Below are positions 38,185-51,150 of a DNA stretch of 64,000 bases, one piece after another (positions within the stretch are counted from its first letter, which is position 1; the number at the start of each line of letters is the position of its first letter). The stretch is from Lama guanicoe (Eukaryota). The stretch covers positions 4,173,229 to 4,237,228 of the forward strand of contig MU053379.1 in the NCBI GenBank assembly GCA_013239625.1, read 5' to 3'. The notes under the pieces were generated by a model, which searched no databases, was not told the DNA's origin, and saw only the letters and a program-made list of their open reading frames with translations. The position numbers and the translations under genes were made by a program.

Positions 38185-38559
38185 CTCCTCTAGCACCTGG
38201 GTGGACATTTATAATGAATGCAATGGAAGTGACAGTGCATGATTTCCAAGACCAAGTTATAAAAGGAAGCCTGGCTTTGGCGTGGTTTCCTTTCTCCATC
38301 TCTGGGGCTCACGCTTGGACTCAAACCACCATGTTGGGAAGAAGCCTGAGCCACGTGGAGAGGCCATGTGTGCATTTTCCAATTAAATGGTTCCCAACGG
38401 CCAAAATCAGCTGCTGGATCTAATAAGTGAATGAGCCGTCCCACCCTACCCCACTGAATTACTGACCTACAGAAACAATAATAAATAATAAAATTTTGCT
38501 GTTGTTTAAGGCCACTAATTTGGGGGGTAACTTGTTACACGGCTGTAAGTGACTGATAC
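38185..38559 (+). mobile_element. MaLR solo LTR (MLT1-type)
   Basis: gaagtgacagtgcatgatttccaagac...ataaaagg...ccaccatgttgggaagaagcc...ccacgtggagaggcc...tgttgtttaaggccactaattttgggg...ttgttac...actgataca. Confidence 0.85.
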
Positions 38560-38649
38560 AACGTGCATCTGGCTAGTCTGTGCTGCAATTCCCTAGCCTT
38601 TTCACATGGTTACTCATCAGGATTCTCCAACTACCAGCTGAGAGGAAAA

Positions 38650-38691
38650 CCACCACCATCACTGTCGCCGCCACCACCACCACCACCACCA
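38650..38691 (+). repeat. (CCA)n trinucleotide repeat, imperfect
   Basis: ccaccaccatcactgtcgccgccaccaccaccaccaccacca. Confidence 0.8.
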
Positions 38692-38819
38692 TTACTGAGT
38701 CCACAGGGGCTTGGCAAGAAATGCAGGTGTCACACTGAGAAAAGGAAATTGTGGAGGGTATTGTAAAGGCATTTAGGGCTGGGTTTAGGGCTGGGTGGGA
38801 GCAGGTCACAAATGAATAA

Positions 38820-40170
38820 GTTACTCAAGTCTTTGTTGGGCACTTTTTGTTCCCAACTCTGTGCTGAGAGCCCTGAGGTAAGTGAAGCGGCCCCAGCTCT
38901 GTAGTGTCCCTCTTCTCACGCAAGAGGGACAGAACCCGCCGTGAAGTCAGCACAGCAGTTGTCGTGAGTGCCAGCAGCCTGGCACAGCGTGGGCGTCTGA
39001 GTTGGATTTTTCTCCACTCTAATGTGGACAGGAGAGGGGAGCCCTGGCTTAAGGTCTCCCGCCTGGGGGGCTGGCTGGTCCAGAGTTGTGTTTCCACTGC
39101 GTGCCCAGGGAAGGGCAGGAAAGCCACGCTGGCCATGACAGATGGTGTCCCCATCCGTGGCTTCCAGTGAGCAGGGTCTTGAAACACAGGAAGGACCTGC
39201 TTCAGCAGGAAGAAGGAGCGGGGAGCCCCAGAACTCTGGGGGGGAGGGTGCAGTCAGTAAGGAGCTTAGTGTGGGGTTTGCGTGGTGAGGAACGAGGCTG
39301 GGACAGCCATCAGAGAGCAGATGGGGCTGGTGGAGGAGCAGCTCAGACTGGTCTCGCAGGGACTGAGGGGTGAGCACAGGAGCTGGGGGCTCGGCGGTGC
39401 TTGCCAGCTGCCGGTCCACAGGGCAAGATGCTGGACTGCCAGCCACAAGGAGAAACAGGAGGGCTGGACGTGAGTGCTGGAGGTGAGGATGGGAGAGAGG
39501 GTTAATGAGAGACGAGGCTTCGTGGAAGGAGAGCCGGCAGAACATATGGCGCCTCAGGAAACACGGGGACGCTCGGGGTGGGTCAGGACGGAGCCTGGGG
39601 CGGGGCTGTCTGGCCGGCAGCGGAAGCGGGGAGACTGGAGAACTCAGGAGGCAGGTGAGCTGGGTGCCGAGAAGAAGGTCCTCCACGGAGAGGCGATGGC
39701 CGTAGGCAGATCCGGTGCAGCCTCGGACGGGACAGTCCGAGAAGGAAGAGCTGAGCCCTGGCCCACACGAGGCCCCTCAGGAGCGGGGAGGAGGAGGAGC
39801 GGCGGTGAGGTAAGGACGAGGTTACAAAACCAGCAGAAAGCCGGTGGTCCTATCATCCCGGGGAAGGGAGAGCCCCAGGAAGGGCAAGTAGGTGAGGGGC
39901 GTCCCCGCTGCCGCAGGCACAGGCGGCGCCACCAGGGGCGCGGCCACGGGGCTTGTGTCGGAATTCATCCCTCACAGGCACTCTGGTAGCAAACGAAGTG
40001 GCGAGGAGCCGGGAAAAGTGTACCAAGCAAGGCGTCTGCAGCGCCACATCCGGGGGGGGGGTCCTTCAGCCAGGTCAGCGGTCCTCCAGGGGGCAGTCGA
40101 GGAGAATCCAGGAGGAAAGGGGGCTTAGTGGACGGGAGGGTGGCCGCCTCAGACCCAGTCCACTCCAACA
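38820..40170 (-). mobile_element. LINE-2 fragment, long and degenerate
   Basis: Begins with tttgttgggcact...ctgtgctgag (reverse L2 terminus), followed by ~1.3 kb of purine-rich L2-like sequence. Confidence 0.55.
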
Positions 40171-40219
40171 TCAAACTGCTGAGAGATCTGGGGCCAAAGT
40201 CTTGAAGACTGGGAGCCCC

Positions 40220-40760
40220 AGTCTTTTCACTTTTTACTTTGGAAATTTGCAGACGCAGCAGAAAGAACAGTGCACCCGCCCCTAGGCCCCCACCCTCCCC
40301 GACCCGCGGCCAGTCCTGATTCCCCTTCGTCCACCTGCTTCCGTGCCCAGCGGGTTCATCTGGAAGTTCAGTCTACACGGCAAGTCACTGCTTCTTTAAT
40401 TACTTCCTTGATCGCCACTCTAGGAGGGAAAGCCTTTCAGAAGTACAGCCACACGCCCTTGCTATGTGTAAACAGGTAACAGTCTCTCCCGAACAGCTAG
40501 AAGTGTTTAAATTTCCCCAGTGATCTTGCGTGGGAAAGGAGCTGCTTTACTGAGAACAGGAGCCACACCAGTTCCACCGGTGGCGTTCCGCTAACGTGCG
40601 TCTTCAGTCCCTTTTAAATGACAAGTCCTCCGTCTCTTTCTCTTCCCGGCCACCCTTTTTAAAGAAGGCGGTGCATCCCGCTTCCCACCGTCCGGACTCC
40701 GCTGACAGCACCCACGTGGTGCAATCGAAGAGGTTCCTCTGTGCCCCGTTCCCTGCCAGC
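40220..40760 (-). mobile_element. Old L1M 3'UTR fragment
   Basis: tttttactttggaaatttgcagac...gaaagaacagtgc, gtgtttaaatttcccc and gttcctctgtgcccc resemble the reverse L1MC/ME 3'UTR. Confidence 0.5.
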
Positions 40761-43700
40761 TCGGAGTCCCGCCCGGGGCACGAGGCGGCCCCTGTTACCC
40801 GTTCCCCCCCTCCTGCCGCACGGCAGTGGGTGCCGGCGTCTCGTGGCCTCTCTCCGTGTTGCCCAGGTCTCCGTGTGGGTTCGGGGGCCCAACCACACCC
40901 ACCCAGGGTGAATCCCCAGTGGGGTTTTCACCGTGTTGGCAGGAAACACAAGTTCTTACTTTCCTCCCAAAACTCCAATCTATTTTGATCATTGGGAAAG
41001 TGACTGTCGACACAGCAGGTCAGCAGGTCAGCACGTATAAAACATCAATATTTCTTAAAAGTAAAAGTGATGTTCGTGTCCACTCCAAATTGTACTTGAT
41101 TTTTCTAAAGTGAAAGAAGTGTCTGGAGCGCAACCTGTGGGAGACGCTGAAGTCACAGGCATGAAACGCCTCGAACAAAGTGCGGCGGTGGCTGTGGGGA
41201 GCGTCTCTCGCCCAAAACGCCCCTCTGGGGACAGTGACACCAATTCCAGCAACCAGGTGGTGCCGGAAGCCGGTCTTCCTCTTCAGGAGAGTCTTCCCTG
41301 TGATACGGGACCAAGACTAGGGGCTGGCAGAGAGAATGAAAACGTCATCATGAATGGGAGCTTAGAAGAGCTAACAGGATTTGGTAAATAATTACAAGAA
41401 GGGAGAGGGGTTGCCAGTTCCTTGACCCATGGAATCTCAAGTAACAAAAGGCTGTGAATTGGAAGTGTCACCAGAACGTGAAAACTCCTGCCGATCGGAG
41501 CCAGGGGCTCCCGGCGGCATGGCTCCGGCTTCGCAGGTGACTGGCGTGTCCCCAGAAATGGCCTCCAGCCGTCAGCCTCCACCCTTTACTCCCTGGAGCC
41601 AGACTTCCCAGAACACGGCCGGCACATCACAAGTGGGCCCGTCACCTCGGGGACACTCCAGGACACTGAGCCTGCACAGAGAGCATTTTCAGGGAATAAG
41701 ATATCAGCCTACTTATCTGAAAACTACCCAAATGCTTCAGGTCCTGAGTAATGAATGGTTAAGGGAACACACCGGAGGCGGGGAGCCACTGGCAGCCCTG
41801 CACACATGGAGAATTCTGTGGAATAGGTGAAAATTGTGGGCTCTTCTACGTAGTCAATGCTATTAACGATTTCGCGCACGGCGGAGCCCTGGGGGCTGAG
41901 GCGTGAGAATGGGCAGGGTGGGGGGCACGCTCGGGGGCCCGCACCTGCACCCTGGAGGTGAGGAAGAAAGAAGGGGAGGTGGTGAAAGCTAGAAAGGAAG
42001 GCTGGAGGGAAGCCACTCAGTCCCGGAACCGGCCCCTCAGATGCTTCTGGTCGCCGTCCATCAGCAGAGAGGGCGTGGATGACAGGAGCTCAGCGTTTCC
42101 ACGCAGACTCCCCTTAGCCCGTCACTAAACCTACCAGTCGGACCACAAGAACCTAGATGCCAACTGTTTCTACCCGTCTCCACACAAAATTCCCTTTGAC
42201 GCAGGGTGAGGGTCTCACACCGCCCAGCGACCCGCCCCAGACAAGACCCAACCTCAGACGCCGGCGCTGACCAGGGACAGGGCTGGCGGGGACGCAGAAG
42301 CAGGCATCCCCTGGGACGGCTGCGCCGACCCCCGGGACTACCTGGCCCTCTCAGTGCTGGGTCCAGGAGGGCCTCCAGCTCTGGCTTGGACGGAGTCAGT
42401 GTCTCCTGCGAACAGAGGATGCTGCAGAGGTGATGAGGAGAACCCAGACATCCCTTCTCTGTCCAGAAGGCAGCGGTGGAGGCCCTGGGCCCAGCGCACG
42501 TGGGGAAGACCGCGGTCCTCGTGAGAAAGCAGCCGTGCAGGGCCGGCGGCCCTGCTGGTGGCTCTGGGTCCGCGGCTGGCCAGCCCGGATCCCCGCACCT
42601 GCCCCCGCTGGCACTTGAGCCTCACTTGAGACACATTCTTAAGATACTCGTAAAAGCCATAGCAACCTTGTTGATGTTGGATTTGCCCTGAGACGCCAAG
42701 TCGAGAGGCCGGACAGGAGGAACAGGTTCCATTTCTCGCACGAAACGGGCAGGAGAGTGTGAGGGCCGCCAGCGAACTTCAGAGCTGACTGCTCGCACCC
42801 TGTTCTGCGCCATGTTCCCAGAACAAGAAACGGGCCCAAAACACGTCTCTGGCATCACTCACCTCCTGGAAACTTTTGAAAAACAATTGTCTGTAAAATT
42901 GTTTGTGGTTTATCCTCTGACAGAGAAAGACTGAGGCCAGGAGAGAGGAGGAGGCGTTTCCACACCTTCTGGCAACGTCAGGGGCAGCGAGGGTGGAGCC
43001 CACGCAGCTGGAGTGGATCCTGCGTTGAACATCAGAGCAGAGGGAATGCGGACAAGCCATCTCCAAGGCACGGGGTCCTGGGGTTATGACTGGGAGGATG
43101 AAACAGGGGATAGCCGAGTGGTCCCCGCATTTTCCGTGGAACCTGGACAGGCTGGAGGGCACAGGCGAGCCGTGGAGGGCGTGGGAGGACCACTCTGTCT
43201 CTGTTGCAGGGGGGAGGTGCGAACGTGTGGACTGCAGGGAGGGAACTTGGGAGGCGATGAGGGCCGGGAAGACGAGGCAGTAGGAGCAACAGCCTGGGCT
43301 GCTCACGGCCACGGGCAGAGGGGCTCCGGCCTGCCAGGGCCCTGAGAAGAGCTAAGGGGTGCTGGTGGGACGGAGCCCAGAGCGGCAGCACGGTCGCTGG
43401 TCCCCCAGGGCTTGGGAACCACCGTGACCGTGAGTTGGCCACACTCCGACCTGCACACATGGGAGAAGTCCATGCTCTGTGTCAGTGGCAGGTGTGTCAC
43501 AGCCCCTGGGGACAGCCTTCTGCAGCCAGAGCAGGGGTCTGAGCGGAGGTGGCAAGGCTGTGAGATGGGCACGGAGAAGCCCCCACACCCCAACCCCAAC
43601 AAGCTGCTTCCCTTTCTTACCTGGTTCTGGAAGATGCTGCCAGGCCCAGAGGGCCTGCGACGAGGCGGGACCTCTGCCCGGGGGTCCCACGGGGCCTCCC

Positions 43701-45084
43701 CACCCCTGACTGCCGGGCCCGCTGTGAGGACCCTAGGCGTCTGTCTTTCTTGGACACTGAGGGCAGTGTGGACTCTTTTCAGAAGTGACTCACACAGGGG
43801 AGTCTTCAGGTCATTTTCTCTGACTCCCAGAAAGGTCTGGAGGAATGGGTTTGAGCAGTCAGTTTCCCTCTGAAAATACTCCCAAGGTGGCGTCTCCCCA
43901 GATCAGTGCCAGGGCCCCCGAGCAGCACACGGGGAAGGTGGGGAGAGGAGCGGCGCCGAGGCCGAGGGAGGAGGAGGAGGGCTGGGCGCCGAGCAGCCAC
44001 GCGGCCTTTACCGCCCACCCTGAGGAAGGCGGTGGAACCGTGTGGGGTCAGTGCTTCGGACAGGAGACCTGGCCTGTGAAGGTGGGGCCGAGATCGAGGC
44101 AAATGCTCAGTCGTCCGTCCCCAAAACATGACAATCTCCATGCGCCCCGGGGTCCCCGAGATGTGGGAGTGTGAACGTCTCTGCTGGGCGCCTCTTCACG
44201 GCCCTTTACACTTAAAACATCTTTTCCAAATAGTTTTTGGCCCTTTCTTCGGGGTAGGTATTAAAACGCACCTCTTTTACAAGGTTCTTTCCCCAGAAGA
44301 CACACCGTTAGGGTGATTTGGAACAGTCAGATCATGAATCGGAGAATTTAGGGTTTCCCCACCTTCCGACTCTGCCAGGAGGGGAGCCGAGGAGAGGTGG
44401 CCAGGGGGCTGTCCCCTCCCAGGAGCGGTAATAGAGTGAGTTGCGGTTTGGTTTGGTTTGGTTGGGTTTGGTTTCCCCATACAGACTTTCCAAGCCTTGG
44501 AACTTGGGCTGACGGCATTTTAATGAACTTGAGCGCCTGAACAGACCCCCTCCCCAGCCCCCATGATTTTCAGGAAGAGGCATAAACCAGCAAACCCCAG
44601 CAAGGCCACGGTGAGTGTGTGTGCCCCCCGGAAAAGGAAACACTAACCCTGGGGTTGGCTCCCCGGCTCCCACGCCCCGCCCCACCCAGCACCCCCAGTC
44701 GATCTGCAAATTTTCAGTTCCAACAAAAATCGTTTGGAGGGGGCAATAGTTCTCCTTTTAATAATAAAAAGAAGTCTTTCTGGGGCCTCTGAACCAGCTT
44801 CGAGACTCCATGTTCTCACACCAGGATCACTTTCATTCCGAGATCGGTACCCGCGAACCATCACTTCACAGCAAGAAAGACCCAAGGCAAATAAACGCCT
44901 TCAACTTCCCAGACTCTGGGCTAGAAACCAACCTGGTATTTAAATCGGCATGGATATCCCTCTGTTGTGTCGAAGCATTATCACGGTTTCCCCAGAGATA
45001 CTGTGTTTCTTTTTTCTTTTCTAGTAAATTTTTATTTTCCCCCCCAGCATGCATGCCTCAAGCATTTTATCCAGTTTAAACGAT

Positions 45085-45370
45085 GGGGATTTAAATTGCT
45101 ATTTTAGTGGAAGAGGCTTGATTAAAACCTGTGTCCTCATCAAATTATTGGACAGTGGTTCTTGGGCTCTGTTTACATTAGTGTCAACCTTAATTTAAAT
45201 TCTGCATAACTATATTTGCTTCGCTAAATGCATTCGCCAGGAACACATCACAAATTACTTTGCATTATGAGCAGACTCTTTGTCTATTGCAAAGTGTTTA
45301 GAAATTAGCGCCATAAGTAACTAGCTGTAAGTGTCACTCGATCTCTTTAATGCCTCATTAATCAACCCCG
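45085..45370. promoter_or_regulatory. Candidate developmental enhancer (AT-rich, motif-dense)
   Basis: Non-repetitive AT-rich block within GC-rich DNA, with forkhead TGTTTAC (~45170), TGTCA motifs and many TAAT/ATTA cores. Confidence 0.45.
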
Positions 45371-48300
45371 TGGCAGCTGCTGCGGTGTCCAGGCCCGTCT
45401 CTCTCGTAGAAGATGGGTGTCTCTTGCTCCTTGCTTCTGACCACCGTCTTTTAAATCTGATTTATTATTTGTGCGTTTGCCCTCCCCTGGGCAGCCCCGG
45501 CCTTGGGAGCCTCCCGATGCAGGCAGCTCTGCACTGCCCACCAGTTTCCCGTGCATTCTTCGCAGAAACTGGCAATTAAAACAAAAGAACGATTTCCCTC
45601 TCTTGGAAATGCATGATCTCAGAAGGAGGAACGTCGCTTCCCTGAGCCGTCACCGCGATTCAGCATGATCTTCTGATCACTCTGGGAAAATTTTCCCGGA
45701 CAAGTTTTCTCTGTGGCAAGACTTTCAGAAAAGAAAGACGTTCTCCCAGGGTGACTGCAACCTCCACCCTGGCCTCAGGTTTCAGAAAGATGGGATGCTT
45801 TTAGTCCAAGCACCTAACCAGGGGAGAACCGTGTGTTTGTGTCTGTTCCTTTATGATGGGATATGATTTCTGTCCTAAACACAAAATTTTTTACTTTGTG
45901 CAAAAGAAATGCAGAACAACTCATAATTGATATTTTTATTACAGTCCTTACAGGGAAAAAGGTTACCAATCATACATCCATGTTTATACAAAATCATAAC
46001 AAAAAGGACCGTTGCTACAAGATCTTTTTTTTTTTTTTGGTCTTTCTATGGGGCCATCAAGTATTTGCAAATGTCTAAAAGAACCTTTCCCTGTGTTCCA
46101 CCCACCCTCCCTGCATCACTCACACACAACCCCTCCCAAACCCTTTGAACCACATTTAATCTCACTGGCATTAAATTACTCAGCAGCTCTGCTGGACAGG
46201 GGCTGCCCTGCAGGACGTCTGGAGTGGGCGTGGGCCCGACGGCGGGGTGTGGCAGGCCGGCCGCCAGGTCCCCCGTGGCCGTGGGGCAGGCACCAGGCTC
46301 CCCACGAAGTCGGGAGGTGCAGAGACAACAGGTGCTCCGTCCCTGGCGGCGGCCGCACGTGAGGCCAGCTCATCCGGGCCGAATCTCAACAGGAGGCCTT
46401 TGGCTTCCTGGCCTCTTCCCTTCTGACCTCCCAGCAGGAAAAATCCACCCAAGGTTTTTTTTTTTTTCCCTGCCAGTTTTGTCAGTGTGAAAAAAACAAA
46501 CCCACAAACAAACAGCCTTGAAACTTTGCGTTTCCCGCAGGTGGGCTTCTGGCCGTGAGCAGTTCATGCAATCTTGGTAAACCAGGCACTCTCTTTGGTC
46601 TTCAACTTTTTGCGTTTTCACCTTCTAAAACCATTCAGGCTGAATAAACCAGAGCACAATGGAACGAAGCAGTGTTGTCCGGCTCCCAAGCCCTCCTCGC
46701 AGGCAGAGCCCCTCGGTCCGAACACGCAGACGTACAAACCTGTGTGAGAGCTGGACTTGAAAAGTCAACCTCGTGCAAACCCCACTTTGGGCTTATTTTT
46801 AGATTATTATGATGCCTACTTGCTCTTAAAATAAGCTCTGACTTTAAAAGAGCAAATGTGATCGAGCACGGTGGTTACAGCGTCGGGGACATTGGCTCTG
46901 ATTAAAGGTGTAATTAACAGCAATCACAAAAGTCTTTTTCTGTCTCCTCTCCTGTTCGTCCTGTTTGGACTCTGATGTCAGCCACCTCTGTTCATTAGGA
47001 CCCTGGACAAAATAAATGTGGGGAGGAGGCATCCGAAATGATTTTCACAAGTGACAACTGAGCCTTTTCAAGACGGTCAATTCAAAACCTATGCTCCTTT
47101 TCAGCAGCCGCAGAAGCCTGATTATTTAAACCAAAAATCCTGCCTCGCTCCCCCTTCCTCGAGTTTCACCCTCCCCTCCTTCCCCACCCCAGAGGCCACA
47201 TTCGGGCTTGGCAACCAGTACAAACCACAGACCCCTTCCGTTTAAAGGCCCCTCAAAGACCGTGTCTGATCACAGCTTGGATTTAAGAAAAAAGAAAGAT
47301 CGAGAATCAGACACAGGCGATGTCACAGTCCCACCCCCTTCCCCCGATTCTGCCACTGTCACCCTCACCATCCATCCCCTCATGGGAGAGAAGAGAGCCA
47401 AGCCTCACCCGCTACAGTAAGACACCCCGAGATTCAGGGGGAGAAGGGCGGCCTTCGTCGGCTGCAGGCTGCAGCCATGCTCTGATCTGGCCGGAGGAGC
47501 CCAGGGACAACAAAAGCCCCCACAGAAGGGCCGGCAGTGGCCTGGGAAAGCCGCTAGCCCAGCATTGTGGGCCCTTCTGCTGAGCAAATAGTGCAAACTG
47601 TGCGTCCCCGTCTCCTGTTCTCTCCCTGGTACGTTGTGTGTGTCCCTGCATCTCATTCTGCAAGGAAGGTTGCTCGCTGGGCCTGCAAGCAAACAGTCCA
47701 GAGAGGAGCCAGCCGCCCTCTCCCCTTCCCCGGAGAACTAGCATTTTTATTTCAGCTCCAAGCTGTCAAAGACCTGGAGAGTTTATGTCAGTGTCCTGAA
47801 TTAATTGCTCTAAGCTGGAGCGGGCTCCACGGGCTGCCAAATGTCCAGAAGATGTTTACTAATTGCGCTTCCTCCAGGACTCTGGCCCCAAGCCATCCCT
47901 TGGTGGTGGCCTTCATTCTGCTGCCACCGGCTCACCCCTGGCCTCTTGGTCCCGGGGGGGTGAGGGCTTTGCCTCCTCCAACCAGCCATCGTGACAAAAT
48001 TTAGGATTGCCTGGGATAAAAAAAAAAGTCCACCTGTGTGTCAGGACATGGATGTTGCGCCTCTTTGTTCTGGCCCAGAAGGGTCCCTGAGTTACAGAAA
48101 CTATGAGTGACCCTGAGTGGGGCAGGGAGGGAGACCCCGCTGTGTGCGAGCTCACTGAGCCCAGGCAATTAGCAGAGGGAGCCGGAGAAACTGCCTCCCT
48201 CTGCTCCCCCGCCTCCTCCCCACAAAAGAAAATTCAGGGAGGCTGACAACATGATATATTTTGAAGTTTTCCTGGTACCAAAAAAAAAAAGCCTCTTTAA

Positions 48301-50957
48301 TAGAATGAAATAATAAACCAATTTATATACCGATATAAGACCGGGATCATGAGTGCCACTGTGTAATTTTCCACTTGACTTTTCATTATCTACCTGAACA
48401 AAATCAATCTATATGTATGGGATCAACATACAATTCCAGAGATAAAAGCTGAAAATAAATGTGCTCTGCATACCCCGGAGATAAAAGACACAGCCCTCCG
48501 CACTGCCGTTCCTTCTCCAGCAGACGCGTTTGTGAAATAAATTGTGTGTCAAGAAAAAAGACGAGACGTACGTAGTGGGGTATCTGGAGCGCGGGCTCAT
48601 TTGCTGGAAATACTGGTCGCACCGAGCGCCGGTTATTAAGTGCCCTACTGACGACACCGGGTTTACCCTGAGCGCACTCCGGGTCAAGGCTTCTCCCAGC
48701 CAACGCTCCCCGTCATAAAAAAAAAGAAAAAGAAAGGGACTTGCCCTATTAACATGGATTTAAAGCTGAGGACGTCAAAGGCCTTCTGAGGCCTCTCTGC
48801 GGAGACAAAGCGCACTGACAACTCACGTTATGCTAGAAAGCTCCACACAGCCAGGGGCCAGCTTCAGAGGGTCCCTCAGTCATCAAAAGGGAAGCAGAGG
48901 TGCCCGCGCCCCTCGGGGGTAACACGTTTTACTTTGCACAAGTTGAGTTCCATCCCTTCGGTGCCCCAATACCCACAAGTGGCACTGAGAACGGGGCAGC
49001 CCTGTCCACACCGGCCACGCCCAGGTCTTGGCCACTCTCCTTCTCTGGGGACACGTCACCATCAGCACCGCCCATGTGCACCGCAGTGGGCAGGTGGCAG
49101 AGGCTCACGTGGGTGTGCCTGCCACATTCAGGGTCCCTTGAGGAACATGCGCCGCTGGGGGACTCACAGGGCCAGGCTGGCCACGCCTGTCCCTTCCACA
49201 GGGCAGGGGCTACCTGCCCACGCTTTATTGGCCAGCAAAAAAAGGCCCCCAAGGAATGGGTCCCGGACCACCTTTTCACCCTAGTCACTCAGAACGTGAC
49301 CTTTTTCTGGTCATTGAAAGTAATGATGTCTTGGGCCAAAGACTTAGAAAGCGCATCCCTGCAACGTGCTTCGTCCCGCAGAAGCTCGGCGACCTCAGGG
49401 GAGGTTAAGCGTCTTCTTAGGCGACTTCCGTTGGCGCCGGAGGACAAGTCAGCACTTTCACACTTGAACACCTCTGTGCGGACTGATCGTAGTGGCTGCT
49501 GGGCTGGTGGTTCGGTCCAAGTCTGCACATGGCAACTTTCACGCCCCCCCTTCCCCTGTGCCGAGAGCGCCGTGCTCGGGCCCAGCGCCCTCCTCAGCCC
49601 GCAGACGTTCACGGACGACTCCGGGAGAGCCCCCAGAGCAGTGTGACGGCCGGGCGATGGCCTCTTAGGGGCGCTCCTGTGGCCGTGAAGGTTCAGCGTG
49701 GGGAGAAGCTCGTGCACCTCGTCACGTGGGCTTCTTAGGAACACAAGTATCGCCCCCCCATCTGTCTCATGGCCGCAGGGCTGTGAGGAAGCGGATCTGG
49801 AGAAAACATAAGAACGCAGTCAAGGAGCACTAGGCGGTCATTAGCACCTTGTTTGAAAAGTGAACCACATCCTGACGGCACGTTTTTGAAAAGTCCCTGT
49901 ATTTTCACTGCAAAATTGATGCCTTTTATGCCTGGAGCATTTGGCTGCCATGAACTCAAGGTGTATTTTGTCCATGGTTTGATTATGTAATTCACAATTT
50001 GATTACTCCGTGACCCAGCCACTTGCTCTGCATCTTAGAGAGCCCAGTCGGACAGCCCGCGAGCTTCACACACTGCCCAGAGGTTCCTTTCAGAGTTTTG
50101 TCCCCCTGAGTTTCCTGAAGAAACAGACTGCACCAGAACAGCTGTTCCTACTTCCACAGGCACGTCTGCTGATCTTGCAGGACGTCGCTGCCAGGTGCCA
50201 CCACCGCCATCGTCCTGGGGACAAGGCTCCGTGCCGAAGCTCAAACACAGAGTCAGACGGCAGTGCAGGTTTACAAGGGGCATATTTACCAAACTGAAGA
50301 AGCAGAGTCTTTTCAAAAGGTATCTTTAGTGGTCACGTCAGAGTTGAGCTGTTTCGATGTCATTTCCCAGGGAAGAAAAGTGGACGCATCCAGTAAGCGT
50401 GCAGAAGTGCGTGCAGCCAGAGAGAGAGAGTTGGGTGGGAAGTTAGTGCCAAGTGTCGCTAGAGCTGACGTTTTAAAAAAATGTGTATCACCAGTTAAAA
50501 TATTTAAAGGAGGAGGTGAAGTATGTAACCAACTTCAGGCTGAGGGTGAAAACATGCCCCTTCTTGGCTAACAGTCAATTAACAGCCCCCTGCCCACCGG
50601 CTGCTGGACACCCACTGGACCGCGGAAAACGGAGGACATCATATGCGAATAAATGCAAGCTGGCCTGGAACTGTTTTCCTGCCTAGATAGCCTAAGCTAA
50701 TTTATTTCCCCTCAACAATCGCCTCATTCTCCTCTTCCAGTGAGTGTGCGGCGTCGCTGCCAATAGCCAAAGTGCAGGGCTCTCCTGATCGCCACCAAAG
50801 CCAGCCCCCGCTGGGGCAGCCCCTCACCCAGGTGTGGAGAGAGACAAGGAACCCATTTCACAGACAGAGCTACAAAGTCACCCTGCCCCGGAGGCAGGCG
50901 CTTCGCGTCTCTTTTCGTAAAGATCAAAAGGGTATTAGGGTATTTTTTTTTCAAAGT

Positions 50958-51037
50958 TTCCTTTCTTTCTTTCCTTTCTTTCTTTCTTTCTATCTTTCTT
51001 TCTTTCTTTCTTTTTTCTTTTCTTTCTTTCTTTCTTT

Positions 51038-51077
<40 letters not shown>

Positions 51078-51150
51078 TCGCTTTCTCTCTTTCTTTCTTT
51101 CCCTCTTTCCTTCTTTCTTTCCTTCCTTCCTTCTTTCTTTCCTTCTTTTT
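50958..51150 (+). repeat. (TTTC)n/(TTCC)n polypyrimidine microsatellite
   Basis: About 190 bp of near-pure C/T. Confidence 0.95.
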
